DNA of 64,000 bases from Planctomycetota bacterium (GTDB lineage Bacteria; Planctomycetota; JAJSAM01; JAJVHW01), in contig CBDFJG010000003.1 of assembly GCA_965248445.1 (NCBI GenBank), positions 928,001 to 992,000 on the forward strand, read 5' to 3'. Positions 50,282 to 60,018 of the stretch are shown here, in pieces (within the stretch, counting starts at the first letter, position 1; every line of letters starts with the position of its first letter). Below the pieces are notes generated by a model that searched no databases, was not told where the DNA came from, and saw nothing but the letters and a program-made list of their open reading frames with translations. The translations under genes and the position numbers were made by a program.

Positions 50282-51436
50282 ATGACTGGAGTTCCCGGGA
50301 ACGGACACCGCGGCGCGGGTGTGCTCGCGTGGGCGCTGCTGCTCGCGGCCGTCGCCCTGCCCGTGCAGACAGCCGACGCGCAAGACGGCGGCAAGCGCCC
50401 TGACGTGATCGTCTACACCGAGAACGGCGAGCGGAAGGAGCGGCGCGACGTCGTCGTCACGTCCGCGTCGCAATCCGAGGTCAAGTTCGAGAGCGGCGGC
50501 CGCGAGAGCAAGATGTCCGGCAGGAACGTCGACCTGATCCTCTGGGGCGACGCCCCACCGGAGTACCAGGTGGGCTGGCGCGCACTCGAACGCCGCGAAG
50601 GCACCGCAGCGAAGAACGCGTTCGAGGCCGTGCTGAACGCCAAGGCGGCCGACGTCATCTCGGGTGACTGGGTGGACGAGTTCGCATACGCCGGTCTTGG
50701 CGAGGCGCACGTCCTCCTCGGCAACTACGACAAGGCGCTGACCGCGTTCGACAAGTCAGCGAAGGCGAACGCGAAGAGCATTCTCGCCGGCCGCGTGCTC
50801 ACGGGAATGGTCGAGGCCGCGCTCGGGAAGAAGGACGGCCCGGGCGCGCTCAAGCACGCGGACGCACTCGCAGCAGCAGGCCGCTCAGGCGGCCGCCCTG
50901 GCTGGGAGCTGGATGCGCACTTCCTCAAGGCGCAGATCCACATGTCGTCCGGCAGCACGTCGTTGGCGACGCAGGCGTACAACGACGCGGCCCGCCTCGC
51001 CGAGCAGCAGTCCAACGCAGCGAAGGACCCGGCAACCAAGAACAGATACGCGAGTCTTCAGCGCACCGCCGCCGCGGCGGAGGGCTGGGTGCTCGTGAAC
51101 AAGGGCGTCGAGAGCAAGTCCCAGTCGGACCTCGACAAGGCGACGCAGCACTTCAAGAGCCTTGCGGCGAAGTTCGGCGAGCAGGACGAAATCCTCTCGG
51201 CGTCGGAGAACGCGCAGGGCGTGATCAAGTTTGCGCGCGACGACCCCGCAGGTGCACTGCAGCACTTCCAGACCGTGGAGGTCCTGTACTTCGGCAGCCC
51301 CGGCGAAGTCGCTCGCTCTCTCTACTACCAGGCACGCTGCTGGGACAAGCTCGGCAACGCGGCGCTGAAGAGCGCGCGTGAGCGCGATCTCAAACAGTAC
51401 TTCCCGAAGTCGGAGTGGGCTCGAAAGCTCGACTAG
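50282..51436 (+). CDS. Secreted TPR protein
   Basis: GGAGGAG RBS, signal peptide (ADA-QD), TPR helices, C-terminal YFPKSEW (BamD/CpoB-like end). Confidence 0.8.
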   Translation: MTGVPGNGHRGAGVLAWALLLAAVALPVQTADAQDGGKRPDVIVYTENGERKERRDVVVTSASQSEVKFESGGRESKMSGRNVDLILWGDAPPEYQVGWRALERREGTAAKNAFEAVLNAKAADVISGDWVDEFAYAGLGEAHVLLGNYDKALTAFDKSAKANAKSILAGRVLTGMVEAALGKKDGPGALKHADALAAAGRSGGRPGWELDAHFLKAQIHMSSGSTSLATQAYNDAARLAEQQSNAAKDPATKNRYASLQRTAAAAEGWVLVNKGVESKSQSDLDKATQHFKSLAAKFGEQDEILSASENAQGVIKFARDDPAGALQHFQTVEVLYFGSPGEVARSLYYQARCWDKLGNAALKSARERDLKQYFPKSEWARKLD

Positions 51437-51496
51437 ACACCTAGTCACAACAGGGAGCCGGGTCCCGACGGAAACCCGGGTAAGGAGTTCGGAACG

Positions 51497-52225
51497 ATGC
51501 GCAATTGGAAGACTTGGGGCGTGGGCGCCCTGGCTGCGGTCCTGGTGATCGCGATGCCCTCGGTACAGGCGTTCGCTCAGGATGCGGCAGACATCGACGC
51601 CGCGAACATGACGATCGGCAAGGTGATCGCGTGGGGCGGCATCGTCGGCGGCGTCATCATCCTGATGTCGATCGCGATGGTCGCTCTCGTCATCGAGCAC
51701 TTCGTCTCGATCAAGCGTGACAAGATCGTCCCGCCCGAGGTGGTGGACGAGCTCGAGACGCTGTTCGAGGAGGAGGAGTATCAGGAGGCTCTCGAGCTCT
51801 GCGAGAACGAGCCGAACTACCTGACCAACATGCTCTCCGCGGCCCTGCCGAAGCTGAACGCCGGCTTCGACGTCATGGAAGAGCAGCTCAGTGAGGCGGC
51901 GGCGCTCGAGGCCGTCAAGCTGCACACGAAGATCAGCTACCTATCGCTCATCGCGAACCTGGCGCCCATGATGGGCCTGTTCGGCACGGTGCTCGGCATG
52001 GTCGGCGCGTTCAACTCGATCGTGCGGCTCGGACCGGCCGTCACGCCGAAGGACCTCGCGTCCGGCGTGCAGCAGGCACTGATCACGACGCTGTTCGGAC
52101 TCGTCGTCGGTATCCCGGCGATCGCGTTCTTCTTCTTCTTCCGGAACAAGGTCATCCGGATCACCACCGAGATCAAGGCCATCGGCGAAGACATGATCGA
52201 GCGCTTCCGCCCGCAGGCCCGCTAG
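51497..52225 (+). CDS. MotA/TolQ/ExbB proton-channel protein
   Basis: APMMGLFGTVLGM, ALITTLFGL.V.IP. Confidence 0.92.
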   Translation: MRNWKTWGVGALAAVLVIAMPSVQAFAQDAADIDAANMTIGKVIAWGGIVGGVIILMSIAMVALVIEHFVSIKRDKIVPPEVVDELETLFEEEEYQEALELCENEPNYLTNMLSAALPKLNAGFDVMEEQLSEAAALEAVKLHTKISYLSLIANLAPMMGLFGTVLGMVGAFNSIVRLGPAVTPKDLASGVQQALITTLFGLVVGIPAIAFFFFFRNKVIRITTEIKAIGEDMIERFRPQAR

Positions 52226-52237
52226 CAGGACTCCGCG

Positions 52238-52780
52238 ATGGCAAAGAAGAACCGAAAGAAGACCACCCTCGACGCCGCCAAGGAGGTCGAGGGCGGGGCC
52301 GAGACCGACATGACCCCGATGATCGACATCGTGTTCCAGCTGATCATCTTCTTCCTCGTTGCCAACGATCTGACCCGTAAGGAAGTCGAGGAGCTCAAGC
52401 TCCCGCAGGCGATCTACGGGAAGGAAGACCTGGCGAGCGAGAAGGACAAGCGCGTCATCATCAACATCCTCAAGCCGGACGACGTGGCGAACCCGCCCAA
52501 GGATCCGCTCGTGAAGGTGAAGGGCAAGCAGTACCAGCTCGACGATCTCAAACGGTACATGCGCACCATCGCCGACATGAAGCGCGAGGAAGGGCCGAAC
52601 TCGGCGAGCGCGATCTTCGTGCTCGTTCGCGCGGACAAGGACACGCCGTGGCAGCACGTTCAGTACGTGATGCAGGTGTGCGTCGACCCGACGGTGATGA
52701 TCTACAAGATGCAGTTCGCCACCACGAAGCGCGACGACGGCAAGGCCAGCTCGGCCGCCGAACTGAAGAAGCCAGAGTAG
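52238..52780 (+). CDS. ExbD/TolR family protein 1
   Basis: MTPMIDIVFQLIIFF, LVRADK. Confidence 0.9.
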   Translation: MAKKNRKKTTLDAAKEVEGGAETDMTPMIDIVFQLIIFFLVANDLTRKEVEELKLPQAIYGKEDLASEKDKRVIINILKPDDVANPPKDPLVKVKGKQYQLDDLKRYMRTIADMKREEGPNSASAIFVLVRADKDTPWQHVQYVMQVCVDPTVMIYKMQFATTKRDDGKASSAAELKKPE

Positions 52781-52789
52781 GAGAACACC

Positions 52790-53314
52790 ATGGACGACGA
52801 CGATGACGGCATCGTGAAGCCGAACATGACACCCATGATCGATGTGGTGTTCCAGCTCCTGATCTTCTTCCTCGTCACGATGAAGTTCAAGACGCTCGAC
52901 ATGAAGATCGAGGCGTTCCTCCCGAAGGACGTGGGACTGGCGAAGACGCTGGCGACCCCCGAGGAGAAGCCGACGATCGTGGCGGTGCTCAAGCGCCGCG
53001 TCAGTGCCGGTGTCCTCGAGGCATCCACGCGTGTGAAGGTGTCGAACCAGCGCATCGGAACGAGCGCGGATCCCGCCACGTGGGACGTGCTCACGAAGAA
53101 GGCCGAGGAAACACTCAAGCGCTACATGGACAACGGCGGTGCACGCGAGGACGTCAAGGGTGAGGTCGATGCCTCGTCCCTGGTCCCGACGGGCGACGTC
53201 GTGCGCGCCGTGGACGCATTCATCGCAGCCGGTCTCCAGGACGTGACGTTCATCGGTACGCCCCCTCCGGGCTCGACGCTCGACAAGGTCCGCGACGCCG
53301 CCGGCGTTCGCTAG
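52790..53314 (+). CDS. ExbD/TolR family protein 2
   Basis: MTPMIDVVFQLLIFF. Confidence 0.88.
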   Translation: MDDDDDGIVKPNMTPMIDVVFQLLIFFLVTMKFKTLDMKIEAFLPKDVGLAKTLATPEEKPTIVAVLKRRVSAGVLEASTRVKVSNQRIGTSADPATWDVLTKKAEETLKRYMDNGGAREDVKGEVDASSLVPTGDVVRAVDAFIAAGLQDVTFIGTPPPGSTLDKVRDAAGVR

Positions 53315-53359
53315 CAGACAGACTCCAACTCCGACAACCCAGACTCCATCAGAACTGAC

Positions 53360-53390
53360 GCGGCGCCCCGGTGCGCATCCGGGGCGCCGC
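53360..53390. terminator. Hairpin between the two ExbD pairs
   Basis: GCGGCGCCCCGG...CCGGGGCGCCGC 12-bp stem. Confidence 0.5.
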
Positions 53391-53453
53391 ACCTGCTCAC
53401 TGAAGCAAGGACGCCTGTCCGCACTCGAGCCTCCGAACCGGAGGTGACCGAGG

Positions 53454-53978
53454 TTGCAACGGACCTCGTCTCGCCGGACGAGACGTCGACGCGCCACGAA
53501 GGGCGCAACCGCCATCACGGCGCCACGCGTCGAGTTGACGCCACTGGTCGACATGACGTTCCAGATCCTCGTGTTCCTCATGGTCGTCAACGACCTGTCG
53601 GCCAAGGTGCACGAGGACGTTGAACTCCCACCGGCGGTCCACACGACGGAGGTCGCCCCTGACGACGGGACGGTCGTCGTCAACGTGCTGGCCCCCGACA
53701 CCGTGGATGCGGCGCCGCGCATCCGCATCGGCGGCCGGTCGCTCGATCTCGCCGAGCTGACCGCGGCACTGCGCACCGTGGCCGAGCTGCATCGACCCGT
53801 GACTGTCCAAGACGCGGAGACGCGCGCGTCGGTGCTCATCCGCGGAGACCGCGGCGCGCCGTGGCGGCATGTGCAACTCGTGCTGCAAGCGTGCGCCGAC
53901 CAGGACGTCCGCATCCGTCGCGTGCAGTTCGCGACCGAGAACCACGATCCCCCCGAACCAGGAGATGAACTCCGATGA
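53454..53978 (+). CDS. ExbD/TolR family protein 3 (paralog of 1)
   Basis: LTPLVDMTFQILVF, LIRGDR..PW.HVQ.V.Q.C, QFAT; start uncertain. Confidence 0.8.
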   Translation: MQRTSSRRTRRRRATKGATAITAPRVELTPLVDMTFQILVFLMVVNDLSAKVHEDVELPPAVHTTEVAPDDGTVVVNVLAPDTVDAAPRIRIGGRSLDLAELTAALRTVAELHRPVTVQDAETRASVLIRGDRGAPWRHVQLVLQACADQDVRIRRVQFATENHDPPEPGDELR

Positions 53979-54466
53979 TCAACACCGCAGACGGCATCCC
54001 CCGCCCGAACATGACGCCGATGATCGACGTCGTGTTCCAGCTTCTGAGCTTCTTCCTCGTCACGATGAAGTTCAAGACGCTCGACATGAAGATCGAGGCC
54101 CACTTGCCGCGAGATCGCAGCATCGGCAATCCGATCCCGATCCACACGCCACCGGCGCCGAAGATCACCGCACGGCTGAGCGCAACGCAGCCCGGCGTCG
54201 TCCGCATCAAGGTCGGCCCGCGGACGATCGGCACGACCGCTGATGCAGACGTGTTCGACCGCCTCGCGGATGCCGCGCGCGCAGTCCGGGCGCGGCACGT
54301 CTCGTTCGGCGGTGACCCCGACCAGATCGAGGCGGAGATCGACGCGTCGAGGCTCGTGCCGACCGGCGCCGTCATCGCGGCCATCGACGCATTCACCGCG
54401 GCGGACATGACGAAGGTGACCTTCGTCGGAACCCCCCTCGCCTCCGCGGCACCCAGAGACAACTAG
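53975..54466 (+). CDS. ExbD/TolR family protein 4 (paralog of 2)
   Basis: PNMTPMIDVVFQLLSFFLVTMKFKTLDMKIEA. Confidence 0.85.
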   Translation: MINTADGIPRPNMTPMIDVVFQLLSFFLVTMKFKTLDMKIEAHLPRDRSIGNPIPIHTPPAPKITARLSATQPGVVRIKVGPRTIGTTADADVFDRLADAARAVRARHVSFGGDPDQIEAEIDASRLVPTGAVIAAIDAFTAADMTKVTFVGTPLASAAPRDN

Positions 54467-54578
54467 CCCGCCTTCGAGGGGCGATCGCACCTGGGGGGCG
54501 CGCCACCGCGGCGCGTCCCCGTCCTGCGCCGGTCCGGCGCCGCGACCGGCCGGTGACGCGGACTCGTAGACTCCCGGC

Positions 54579-56435
54579 GTGCAACGTGCCGGACGCCTGC
54601 TGGTCATCGGTCTCGTGGCGCTGGGGGTCGGGCTCACGGCGCTGGCGGTCCACCTGCGTCGTGAACGCGCGCCGCGGTCGGTTGTGCTCGTCACGATCGA
54701 CACGCTGCGGGCCGACCGCGTAGGGGCGTTCGGGTCGACGGCCGGCCTGACTCCCCGCCTCGATGCGCTGGCCGCCCGCGGCGTGCGCTTCACCGAGTGC
54801 TGGACGACCGCGCCGCTGACCGTGCCCGCCCACGCCAGCATGCTCACCGGCCTGATCCCGCCGCTGCACGGCCTGCGCACGAACTCGGGCGGGCGTCTGC
54901 CGGAGCCGGGCGCGCGTCCGTATTCGACCGTTGCAGAACTGCTGCGCACCGCGGGCTACCGCACCGGCGCGTTCGTGTCGGCGTCGGTGCTGCGCGACGA
55001 CCGCACCGGACTCGGGTCGGGCTTCGACGTGTACGACGAGCCGCCGCCGGCCGCCCCCGGTTCGCTTCACGACAGTGAACGTCTAGGAACCGAAACGGTG
55101 GCGGCAGCACTCGACTGGGTGCGGCAGGCAGACGGCGACTTCCTGCTCTGGGTCCACCTCTTCGATCCGCACGCTCCGTACGCGCCCCCCGAGCCGTACT
55201 CCGTGGGAGAGGAGCACAGCGCGGACGCAACCGGCTACGACGCCGAGGTACGGTTCGCGGACCACGCCCTCGGACAGCTGCTCGACGGTCTGGCCGCGGC
55301 GGGTCACGGGGACGCGGCGATCGTGGTGGCCTCCGATCACGGAGAGGGGCTGGGTCAGCACGGCGAACGGACGCACGGGTACCTGCTGCACCAGGCCACG
55401 TTGCACGTGCCGGTCGTCATCGCTGCTCCCGGCCGAGTCGGAGAGGGCGCACAGCGGGACGAGCCGTCGTCGGTGATCGACCTCGCCCCGACTCTGGTCT
55501 CGCTGGCCGACGTCTCGATCCCGCCGACGATGGACGGGCGGCCGCTCTTCGCCGGGGGCGCCGAGCGCATGCGCCGGGCACCGTACGCAGAGTCCCTCTA
55601 CGGATGGGACGCCTGCCGCTGGGCGCAGGTCTTCGCACTGCGCGACGGCGATCTCAAGGCAGTGGATGCCGGGGAGAGGACACTTGCCATCGATCTCGCA
55701 GCGGACCCGTCAGACGACGAGCCCCGGGTGGTCGGACTCGCGCCGGACGATCCGGAGGACCCGGCGCACCTGCTGGTCACGGGCCCGCTGCGCCGCGCGG
55801 CCGCCCGGGCTCCGCTCGCGGCGCCGGGCGATCGTCAGGCCGATCTGACAGGAGGGTCCTACTGGACCGGCGGCGGAGCGTCCCCGACCGTGCTGTCCCG
55901 CGAGGAGAATGCCCGGCTGCCGAGCCCGTACGACCGCATGGAGATCCTGCGGGAGATGGACCGCGGCCGCTCATTGCTCGCAAGACCCGGGCTCGCGACC
56001 GAGGCCGTGTTCGTCTTCGCGGGAGTGCGGAAAGCCGACCCGGGCAACCCACAGGCGGCCTTCTGGCACGGGCGCGCGCTCGAGAGGATTGTGGTGCTCG
56101 GCGCCCTCCCGCTGGCCGCCGAGGCGTACCGGGACGCCTTCGAGGCCGGCCTCACCACGGCCGACTGCGTGGCGAAAGCGCTCCAGGCCGGGTACCGGGC
56201 CGCCACCGAGCAGGGCGCCGAGGACGAGGTTGCGGCCGGTCTCGCCTTCCTCGAGACCGCGCTGGGACGGGGGGTGCGCGCCAACGGGGCGGTCTGGATC
56301 TTCGCCGCCCTGTTGTCCATCGAGGGGGGCGATCGGACGGCGGCCGCGGAGGCCCTCCAGAGGGCCGAATCGGAGCCGCGAACGGAGTGGCTGGAGGATG
56401 CCCTGGACGGCGTCCGGCACCGACTCTCGGAGTGA
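54579..56435 (+). CDS. Membrane-anchored sulfatase-like hydrolase/transferase with C-terminal TPR
   Basis: IDTLRAD, LTVPAHASMLTG, WVHLFDPH, SDHGEG. Confidence 0.85.
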   Translation: MQRAGRLLVIGLVALGVGLTALAVHLRRERAPRSVVLVTIDTLRADRVGAFGSTAGLTPRLDALAARGVRFTECWTTAPLTVPAHASMLTGLIPPLHGLRTNSGGRLPEPGARPYSTVAELLRTAGYRTGAFVSASVLRDDRTGLGSGFDVYDEPPPAAPGSLHDSERLGTETVAAALDWVRQADGDFLLWVHLFDPHAPYAPPEPYSVGEEHSADATGYDAEVRFADHALGQLLDGLAAAGHGDAAIVVASDHGEGLGQHGERTHGYLLHQATLHVPVVIAAPGRVGEGAQRDEPSSVIDLAPTLVSLADVSIPPTMDGRPLFAGGAERMRRAPYAESLYGWDACRWAQVFALRDGDLKAVDAGERTLAIDLAADPSDDEPRVVGLAPDDPEDPAHLLVTGPLRRAAARAPLAAPGDRQADLTGGSYWTGGGASPTVLSREENARLPSPYDRMEILREMDRGRSLLARPGLATEAVFVFAGVRKADPGNPQAAFWHGRALERIVVLGALPLAAEAYRDAFEAGLTTADCVAKALQAGYRAATEQGAEDEVAAGLAFLETALGRGVRANGAVWIFAALLSIEGGDRTAAAEALQRAESEPRTEWLEDALDGVRHRLSE

Positions 56436-56782
56436 CGTCCGGGGACGGTCACAAGGCCTTCTCCACACTGCACTTCCGGCAGCCTGGCCGAGCGTGACAG
56501 AGGGGTGACCCCCGCCGCCTCTCATGCGCTCGAAACATTGGTTGACCCAGTGCTCCGCACGTCGCTAGCATCCGCCCCTTGATCCCTTCATTGGGGCACG
56601 GCCCACGCGGTAGGTGTGCGGTCGGAGCATGGGTATGGGAATTCCTCCGGGGCGGCGCTCGCCGCGGCGGGAACAAGGGCATGAGAACGAGGGCATGAAG
56701 CCGCTCAGGGCATGAGCGGCAGGCGAAGAGACCGCGACCGCGTGTCGCACTCGTCGTCACCTCAACGGGAAGGCAACTACCG

Positions 56783-59700
56783 ATGAACGACTCCCGCACT
56801 CGCATCCTCACACTTGCCGCCACCTTGGCGACGGTCGGGATCTTCGTCTCGGCCGCGTCCTGCACGGGTCCGGTTCGCAAGTCTTCGAAGGGAAGCGAGA
56901 CGTCGAGCAAGACGACCGGCCCCGCGCTGGTCAAGGGCGACAAGACGGTTGCAGCACCGACTGCGTCCGGGGGCGTCACCACGAGTGGTGCCGGCGGCGC
57001 GTCCGTCTCCGGCTCGGCTGGTGGCGTCACGGCCGCGCGCGCACCGGTCGCCTCCGCCCACACGTCCGCCGTCGTCGTGGACCGCACCGGCGCGCCGTTG
57101 CCGCCGCCCGTGCGCCCGCGTGGGACGCAGCCCGCGCCCGCCCCGCGCACGGTGCCCGCTCCGCGCACGGCGCCGGCATCCACGGCCACGGCGAGCACCG
57201 GTGGTTCGAGCCGGCCCGCCCCGCTTCCCCCGCCGCGCACGACGGGACTGCCGGCGCCTCCGCCGCCCCCGGTCGCCGGACAGGGCGGACGCGCTCCGGC
57301 CCCGCGCGCTCCGGCCCCGACCGCGACCGCGCCCGCCCCCACCGCCAGCACCGCCGGCGCGCAGTCCGAGGCCGATCGCCTGCTGACGGCACGCATCGAA
57401 GAGCTCGAGCTCGAACGCCAGAAGAACGCGATCCTCGTCGAGGACTACCTCGAGCACGCCCGCGACTCCGCGGCGAGCCACGATCACGAGGCGACCAGTG
57501 ACTGGTCACGCAAGGCGCTCGACCTCGATCACGACAACGCCGAGGCCGAGGCGCTCCTGCGCACCGCGCGCTCGGCGCTGGGTGATCGCGACGCCGAGAT
57601 CAAGAGCCTCTCGGACATCCTGCACGAGACGAAGACCGTCAAGCGCGAACAGCAGACGTTCGACGTGCAGCGCTACTGGACCACCGGCATGGAGGCGAAG
57701 GCCGAGGGCAACTTCGCCGAGGCCGAGCACAACCTGGAGCTCGCGCATCTGATCGTCCTGCACGACCCGAACGGCGTCGACTGGAAAACGATGAAGCGCG
57801 ACATCGAGCGCGAGCTCGAAGAGGTGCGCGATCTCAAGGCCACCGCCGAGAAGGGCGAGCGCGCCCGCGAGGCGCGTTCGGCGTACATGCGCGTCAAGGA
57901 AGAGGAGGCCAAGCGCCGCCTCGCCGAGGTCGAGAAGCGCAACGCGCTCTTCGAGTCCGCCATGTCCGCGTTCGAGAACGAGGAGTGGGCGCGCGCCGAG
58001 ACGATGCTCGAGGACTACCTCGACATGGTGCCCGGCGACACGAACGCGCAGCAGTTGCTCGCCACGTCGCGTCGCGCCAAGCACCAACGCGCGTCGGACG
58101 ACTCGCTGGCCCTGCAGCGTGAACGCTTCCGCGAGTGGCGTCTCGAGATGAAAGAGACGACCATCCCGTACCACAAGATCTTGACGTGGCCGTCCCAGCA
58201 GCACTGGGACCGCATCACCGAGCTGCGCGCCGGCGCCGGTGTCATCGATCAGGTCGAGTCCGACTCTCCGGACACCGCGTCCACGAAGAACAAGCTGCGC
58301 AGCGAGCGCGTCAGCTTCCAGTTCCAGGGCGCAGAGTTCAACGAGGTCATCCGCTACATCGCGGACACCCGCCAGGTGAACATCGTTGTGGACAGCCAGG
58401 TCGCACCCGACCTCGAGGCCGTCCCCATCACGCTGACCCTGAACGACGTCACGATCGAAGAGGCGCTCGGCACGCTGAACCGCATCGCCGGCGACCTGAC
58501 CTACGTCGTGCGCGGCACGGTGGTCTTCATCACGAAGCCCGAGTTCGCCCGCGAGGCCCCGATCGTCCAGGTGCACTCGGTCGGTGACCTGACCGTCGCA
58601 CTCACGAATTTCATCGCGCCCAACCTGCAGCTGCTGCCGGCCGGCGCCGAAGAGGACGAAGAGAACCCGCGCTTCGGCGCGTCGACCGAGGGCGTCTCGT
58701 CCTTCGGCGGTGCCGAGGACCTGATCGCGCTGATCACCAACAACGTTGCTGATCCGGACTATTGGACGGAAGAGGGCATCAGCATCGCGGCCAGTGGCGA
58801 GGACAAACTCGTCGTCGTCGCGGAGCCCGGTGCGCAGCGCCAGGTCGCTTCGTTCCTCGACGACCTCCGCGCCTTCGCCGGCCTGGTGGTCACCATCGAG
58901 ACGCGCTTCCTGACCGTGACCGACAACTTCATCCAGGATGTCGGCATCGACATCCGGGGCATCGGTGGCGCAGGTGGCTCGTCGCCGCCCGTCATGGCGC
59001 TGCTCGACGACGTCACGAACGGTCTGCTCAACAACGCCTCCGGCGGTTTTGACAACAGCGGCGTCGGCCTGCCGGCCAACGCGAGCGCGAAGCCTAGTTC
59101 GGGCGCGTTCTTCAACAACGGTTCGGACGGCGACTACCGCACGCGGACCGAAAACGTGTTCGACCGCTCGCTCGGCACCAACATCACCAACGTCGGTGGT
59201 GCGTTGATCCAGTACACGCTGATCGACGACACCAACCTGTCGCTGATCCTGCGGGCAGTCGAGAAGAGCCAGGAGGGCCGTGTCCTCCAGGCCCCGAGCG
59301 TCACCGTGTTCAACACGCAGCGCGCCAACATCACGCTGATCAACCAGCTCACCTTCATTCAGGACTTCGACGTCGAGGTCGCGCAGACCGCGTTCATCGC
59401 GGACCCGATCATCGGCATCATCCAGGACGGCCTCGTCCTGGACGTCCAGCCCACGGTGAGCCACGACCGCAAGTACATCACGCTCCAGCTTCGGCCCACG
59501 ATCGCCAACCTGGTGCGCCCGATCCCGACGTTCACGACGTCGCTCGGCGCGTTCACCACGGCTGTCACGATCCAGATCCCGGAGTTGCAGGTGCAGCGCG
59601 CGTCCACGACCGTGCGCGTCCCGGACGGCGGCACCCTGCTGCTCGGCGGCCTGAAGAACATCCGCCAGCAGGATCTCAAGTCGGAGACGCCTTGGATCTC

Positions 59701-59827
59701 GAGCATCCCGTTCGTCTCGTTCTTCTTCAGCCGTAAGGGCACTGCAGAGGAGATGGACAACCTGATGGTGATCGTGAAAGCCACCATCACCGACCTGCAG
59801 GAGCAGGAGACCCGCTTCCGCCGCTAG
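56783..59827 (+). CDS. Secretin-like protein B with Pro/Ala-rich linker (probable lipoprotein)
   Basis: Signal with Cys (AASC), low-complexity linker, TPR, VTIETRFL, APSVTVFNTQRA, PDGGTLLLGGL; collinear with secretin A. Confidence 0.85.
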   Translation: MNDSRTRILTLAATLATVGIFVSAASCTGPVRKSSKGSETSSKTTGPALVKGDKTVAAPTASGGVTTSGAGGASVSGSAGGVTAARAPVASAHTSAVVVDRTGAPLPPPVRPRGTQPAPAPRTVPAPRTAPASTATASTGGSSRPAPLPPPRTTGLPAPPPPPVAGQGGRAPAPRAPAPTATAPAPTASTAGAQSEADRLLTARIEELELERQKNAILVEDYLEHARDSAASHDHEATSDWSRKALDLDHDNAEAEALLRTARSALGDRDAEIKSLSDILHETKTVKREQQTFDVQRYWTTGMEAKAEGNFAEAEHNLELAHLIVLHDPNGVDWKTMKRDIERELEEVRDLKATAEKGERAREARSAYMRVKEEEAKRRLAEVEKRNALFESAMSAFENEEWARAETMLEDYLDMVPGDTNAQQLLATSRRAKHQRASDDSLALQRERFREWRLEMKETTIPYHKILTWPSQQHWDRITELRAGAGVIDQVESDSPDTASTKNKLRSERVSFQFQGAEFNEVIRYIADTRQVNIVVDSQVAPDLEAVPITLTLNDVTIEEALGTLNRIAGDLTYVVRGTVVFITKPEFAREAPIVQVHSVGDLTVALTNFIAPNLQLLPAGAEEDEENPRFGASTEGVSSFGGAEDLIALITNNVADPDYWTEEGISIAASGEDKLVVVAEPGAQRQVASFLDDLRAFAGLVVTIETRFLTVTDNFIQDVGIDIRGIGGAGGSSPPVMALLDDVTNGLLNNASGGFDNSGVGLPANASAKPSSGAFFNNGSDGDYRTRTENVFDRSLGTNITNVGGALIQYTLIDDTNLSLILRAVEKSQEGRVLQAPSVTVFNTQRANITLINQLTFIQDFDVEVAQTAFIADPIIGIIQDGLVLDVQPTVSHDRKYITLQLRPTIANLVRPIPTFTTSLGAFTTAVTIQIPELQVQRASTTVRVPDGGTLLLGGLKNIRQQDLKSETPWISSIPFVSFFFSRKGTAEEMDNLMVIVKATITDLQEQETRFRR

Positions 59828-59852
59828 CGCTCGAGCGACAGACAATCACCTG

Positions 59853-59885
59853 GCGCCCCGGTCTCACTGGAGGCCGGGGCGCTTT
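59853..59885 (+). terminator. Probable intrinsic terminator after secretin B
   Basis: GCGCCCCGGTCTC-ACTG-GAGGCCGGGGCGC-TTT. Confidence 0.6.
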
Positions 59886-60018
59886 GATTCGGCGCTCACC
59901 GGTGGCATGTCGGACGCGGGCGCTGTCGCGCCTCCTGAATTGCGCGGTTGAATCCGTGCGCGGACAACCGACACTAGATGAAGCGGTCGCGCACTTCTGC
60001 GCGCGGCCGGACCAATCC

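Noticed and set aside
54790..54850. Sulfatase-like protein lacking CxPxR (has TVPAH)
   Set aside because: Thr-type sulfatase-like proteins with TPR tails are a common subfamily.
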